Positions 50,284 to 51,838 of a stretch of 51,838 nucleotides of DNA are shown piece by piece. The stretch is from contig CAJBWJ010000032.1 of assembly GCA_903959355.1 (NCBI GenBank), positions 1 through 51,838 of the forward strand, written 5' to 3'. Below the pieces are notes generated by a model. The model searched no databases and was not told the DNA's origin. It saw only the letters and a list, made by a program, of their open reading frames with translations. Origin of the DNA: an uncultured bacterium. Lineage in GTDB: Bacteria > Patescibacteriota > Microgenomatia > UBA1400 > PJMF01. A program made the translations under genes and the position numbers. Every line of letters starts with the position of its first letter. Position 1 is the stretch's first letter.

Positions 50284-51838
50284 TTAAAATCAATTCCGTT
50301 TAGATTGAGACCGCCTAGATTAAGATCTCCTACACCAAGGTTTAGAGTGTTGGTTGTACACCAGCCTGCGTAGTAAGGAGTTCCAGGAATTGGTCCATTT
50401 ACCATGTATGGAGCTACTCTGTATTGATAGGTGTGATTGCTAGAAATGCTGTTGTCAACAAAGCTAGTAGTGTTGGCGGCAATACCAGTTTGCAAAACTA
50501 TCCAACCGGCGCCATCAACATTACGTTGAACTTCATAGTAATCTTCAGCAGTTGAGCTATCACCCCAAACTACTTCTAATTGATTGTCGGTACTGCCTTC
50601 TTTTACAGAACATGCGCTCGATGTGGTAATACTATCAGTGTTAACGTACTCAGTAACGTAGCGAATAATAACAATTCCAGAGCCACCAGTACCACCAGCA
50701 CCACCGGCACTATATGTATATGGAGCAGAAAGACTTAATATTCCGCCACTTCCGCCACCGCCACCATTACCAGTGTTAGCTGCACCAGCTGTTCCAGCTA
50801 TAGCACCAGTTGATCTGCCACCAGCACCACCGGCAGCATAAGTAACAGCTGCTCCACTAATGCTGTTGCTAGTTCCAGCTCCACCAGCACCAGGTAGAGT
50901 AAGGCCTGTGCCAGCTGCACCAACTGCGCTAGAACCACCACCACCTCCACCAGAAGTACAAGTTGCACCATATGTGCCAAAACCAAGTCCACCATTATTT
51001 CCTTGACCTGCAATACCAGTTCCAACAATTTGATTGGCAGCCATGCTACCTCCACCACTGCCGCCATTTGCGCCAGAAACTCCACCATTACCTCCAGCAC
51101 TTGCTGTTAATGTGGAGAAGGCAGAATTTGCTCCAGCTCCACCAACAGTTACATTGGATGATCCTGCTCCAATTGAGAATGAAGCGTTGTATATTAAGCC
51201 GCCAGCACCAGCACCACCTGCTCCTAGACAATCACTTGTTCCAGTGCCACCGATACCGCCTCCAGCAACAACTAAGACTTGAGCTGTAAGAGCATTGTTG
51301 ACGATAAGAATTCCATTGCTAGTAAAAGTATGAATGGTGTATCCACCAGCATAAGTAATGGTTCCACCAGTAGCCATTTGGCGAACAACTGTAGGATCGA
51401 TAATAATAGGATAAACTCTGTCTTGGCTATTTAACCACTCTGGATCGACGACAAGACTAATATCGTATTTGGTTTCGTTGCCCTTGCTTTTGATTTTAAA
51501 TTGTACGTTGTCGGTGCGATTACCAGCTTTATCTATAGCAAACGGTTTTTCAAAATGAAAAAGATAAATATCATTTTTATCGTAAAAAATAGGGTTGAGA
51601 GTGGTGCCATCTTTTGCTTTTTGAGCATAGGCTCCTTGAAAATTACCTTCAAATGAAAAAATATTGGAATCGTCTTTCTTTTGGCGAGGTTTATTTAAGA
51701 TAATTTCTTCTTTAATACCATTTGGTAAAACTTGATACTGAATGTCGATGTTTTTTTCTACTTCTTTAAAAGTTATTCTCTCTTTATTGTCACTGACAAT
51801 TGAGGTGCTTGTTTTTTCAGTTGGGTAGGAGAATACAA
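50280..51838 (-). CDS. large surface protein, C-terminal part: glycine-rich (HTFTS-type) domain + FN3-like domain (5' end outside the window)
   Basis: The ORF track starts at Met 51377, but the same frame stays open to the window edge (…NRTDNVQFKIKSKGNETKYDISLVVDPEWLNSQDRVYPIIIDPTVVRQMATGGTITYAGGYTIHTFTSNGILIV…). GGxGG repeats run across ~50650-51300. The C-terminus YYEVQRNVDGAGWIVLQTGIAANTTSFVDNSISSNHTYQYRV is FN3-like. Confidence 0.7.
   Translation of the reverse strand, partial: VFSYPTEKTSTSIVSDNKERITFKEVEKNIDIQYQVLPNGIKEEIILNKPRQKKDDSNIFSFEGNFQGAYAQKAKDGTTLNPIFYDKNDIYLFHFEKPFAIDKAGNRTDNVQFKIKSKGNETKYDISLVVDPEWLNSQDRVYPIIIDPTVVRQMATGGTITYAGGYTIHTFTSNGILIVNNALTAQVLVVAGGGIGGTGTSDCLGAGGAGAGGLIYNASFSIGAGSSNVTVGGAGANSAFSTLTASAGGNGGVSGANGGSGGGSMAANQIVGTGIAGQGNNGGLGFGTYGATCTSGGGGGGSSAVGAAGTGLTLPGAGGAGTSNSISGAAVTYAAGGAGGRSTGAIAGTAGAANTGNGGGGGSGGILSLSAPYTYSAGGAGGTGGSGIVIIRYVTEYVNTDSITTSSACSVKEGSTDNQLEVVWGDSSTAEDYYEVQRNVDGAGWIVLQTGIAANTTSFVDNSISSNHTYQYRVAPYMVNGPIPGTPYYAGWCTTNTLNLGVGDLNLGGLNLNGIDFN

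Noticed and set aside
230-51289. Short ORF-track entries nested in or antisense to longer genes: 230-436, 559-798, 2179-2403, 2580-2810, 4789-4980, 7954-8139, 8305-8577, 8534-8755, 9347-9571, 11115-11309, 11501-11710, 11779-11976. Also all 60-105-aa entries inside 14877-18728, 18924-22571, 22632-24455, 25306-28230, 28258-30053, 30113-31828, 31834-33618, 33658-37131, 37476-38933, 46423-49242 and 50280-51377.
   Set aside because: Each overlaps a long ORF that has recognisable family motifs or coherent topology. Their translations are low-complexity or hydrophobic nonsense typical of off-frame or antisense reading of AT-rich genes. None has its own promoter or RBS context.
50798-51289. Three overlapping ORFs (50798-51100 minus, 50963-51289 plus, 51034-51282 plus) in the Gly-repeat DNA
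   Set aside because: GGN-repeat coding sequence is open in several frames and strands. The products are poly-L/V/Q or poly-P/A artefacts.
1-51838. Alternative genetic code (UGA as Gly/Trp, as in Gracilibacteria/Absconditabacteria or mollicutes)
   Set aside because: TGA is used as a genuine stop (22569-22571, and 37129-37131 with ATGA coupling). All conserved genes are full length under the standard code.

Overview
AT-rich, very gene-dense chromosomal window with about 45 protein genes and almost no spacer DNA. I found no rRNA, tRNA, CRISPR array, transposase, integrase or relaxase. The standard code applies, since TGA terminates genes at 22569-22571 and 37129-37131. The protein repertoire points to a Candidate Phyla Radiation / Patescibacteria-like monoderm bacterium: a DUF4012 protein, YidC with a basic tail, a TM-anchored solute-binding protein, many low-complexity tails, FTLLE-type pilins and VirB2-like two-helix pilin hairpins. 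Finer taxonomy cannot be read from the sequence. Layout: (1) 1-9204 is the replication-origin neighbourhood, all on the minus strand: rplY (partial), DUF4012, rnhA, jag, yidC, yidD, rnpA, rpmH, dnaN and dnaA, with DnaA-box-like sites on both sides of dnaA. (2) 9205-30053 is a ~21-kb relaxase-less, Gram-positive-type type IV secretion (T4SS)-like locus directly abutting dnaA. It encodes a VirB4 ATPase, a VirB4-N-domain paralog with a Pro-rich tail, a PrgI/VirB3-like fusion, a bitopic protein, a 1283-aa membrane protein ending in a degenerate M23 fold, and a divergent 1215-aa orphan cytoplasmic protein. It also encodes a VirB6/TrbL-like polytopic protein, a 974-aa secreted Cys-rich protein and two tandem VirB2-like pilins carrying Cys-rich ectodomains. 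(3) 30113-38933 holds envelope and housekeeping genes (SpoIID-like, VanW, orphan SBP, YvcK, cytidylyltransferase, RadA). (4) 38936-41125 is a soluble VirD4/TraD-like coupling ATPase, preceded by the largest non-coding stretch of the window (41126-41703). That stretch carries two near-consensus convergent promoters and two opposed intrinsic-terminator-like hairpins. (5) 41704-46426 holds a lipoprotein, rho, LysM-M23 and obg. (6) 46423-51838 holds an O-antigen-ligase-like/TPR membrane protein, three tandem type IV pilin-like genes and a partial glycine-rich/FN3 surface protein. The best candidate for a novel system is the origin-adjacent T4SS-like machine with its unusual accessory proteins and candidate RNA-based control region. 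A genome-wide oddity is near absence of Shine-Dalgarno sites, with -10 boxes sitting 6-9 nt from several start codons (leaderless mRNAs).
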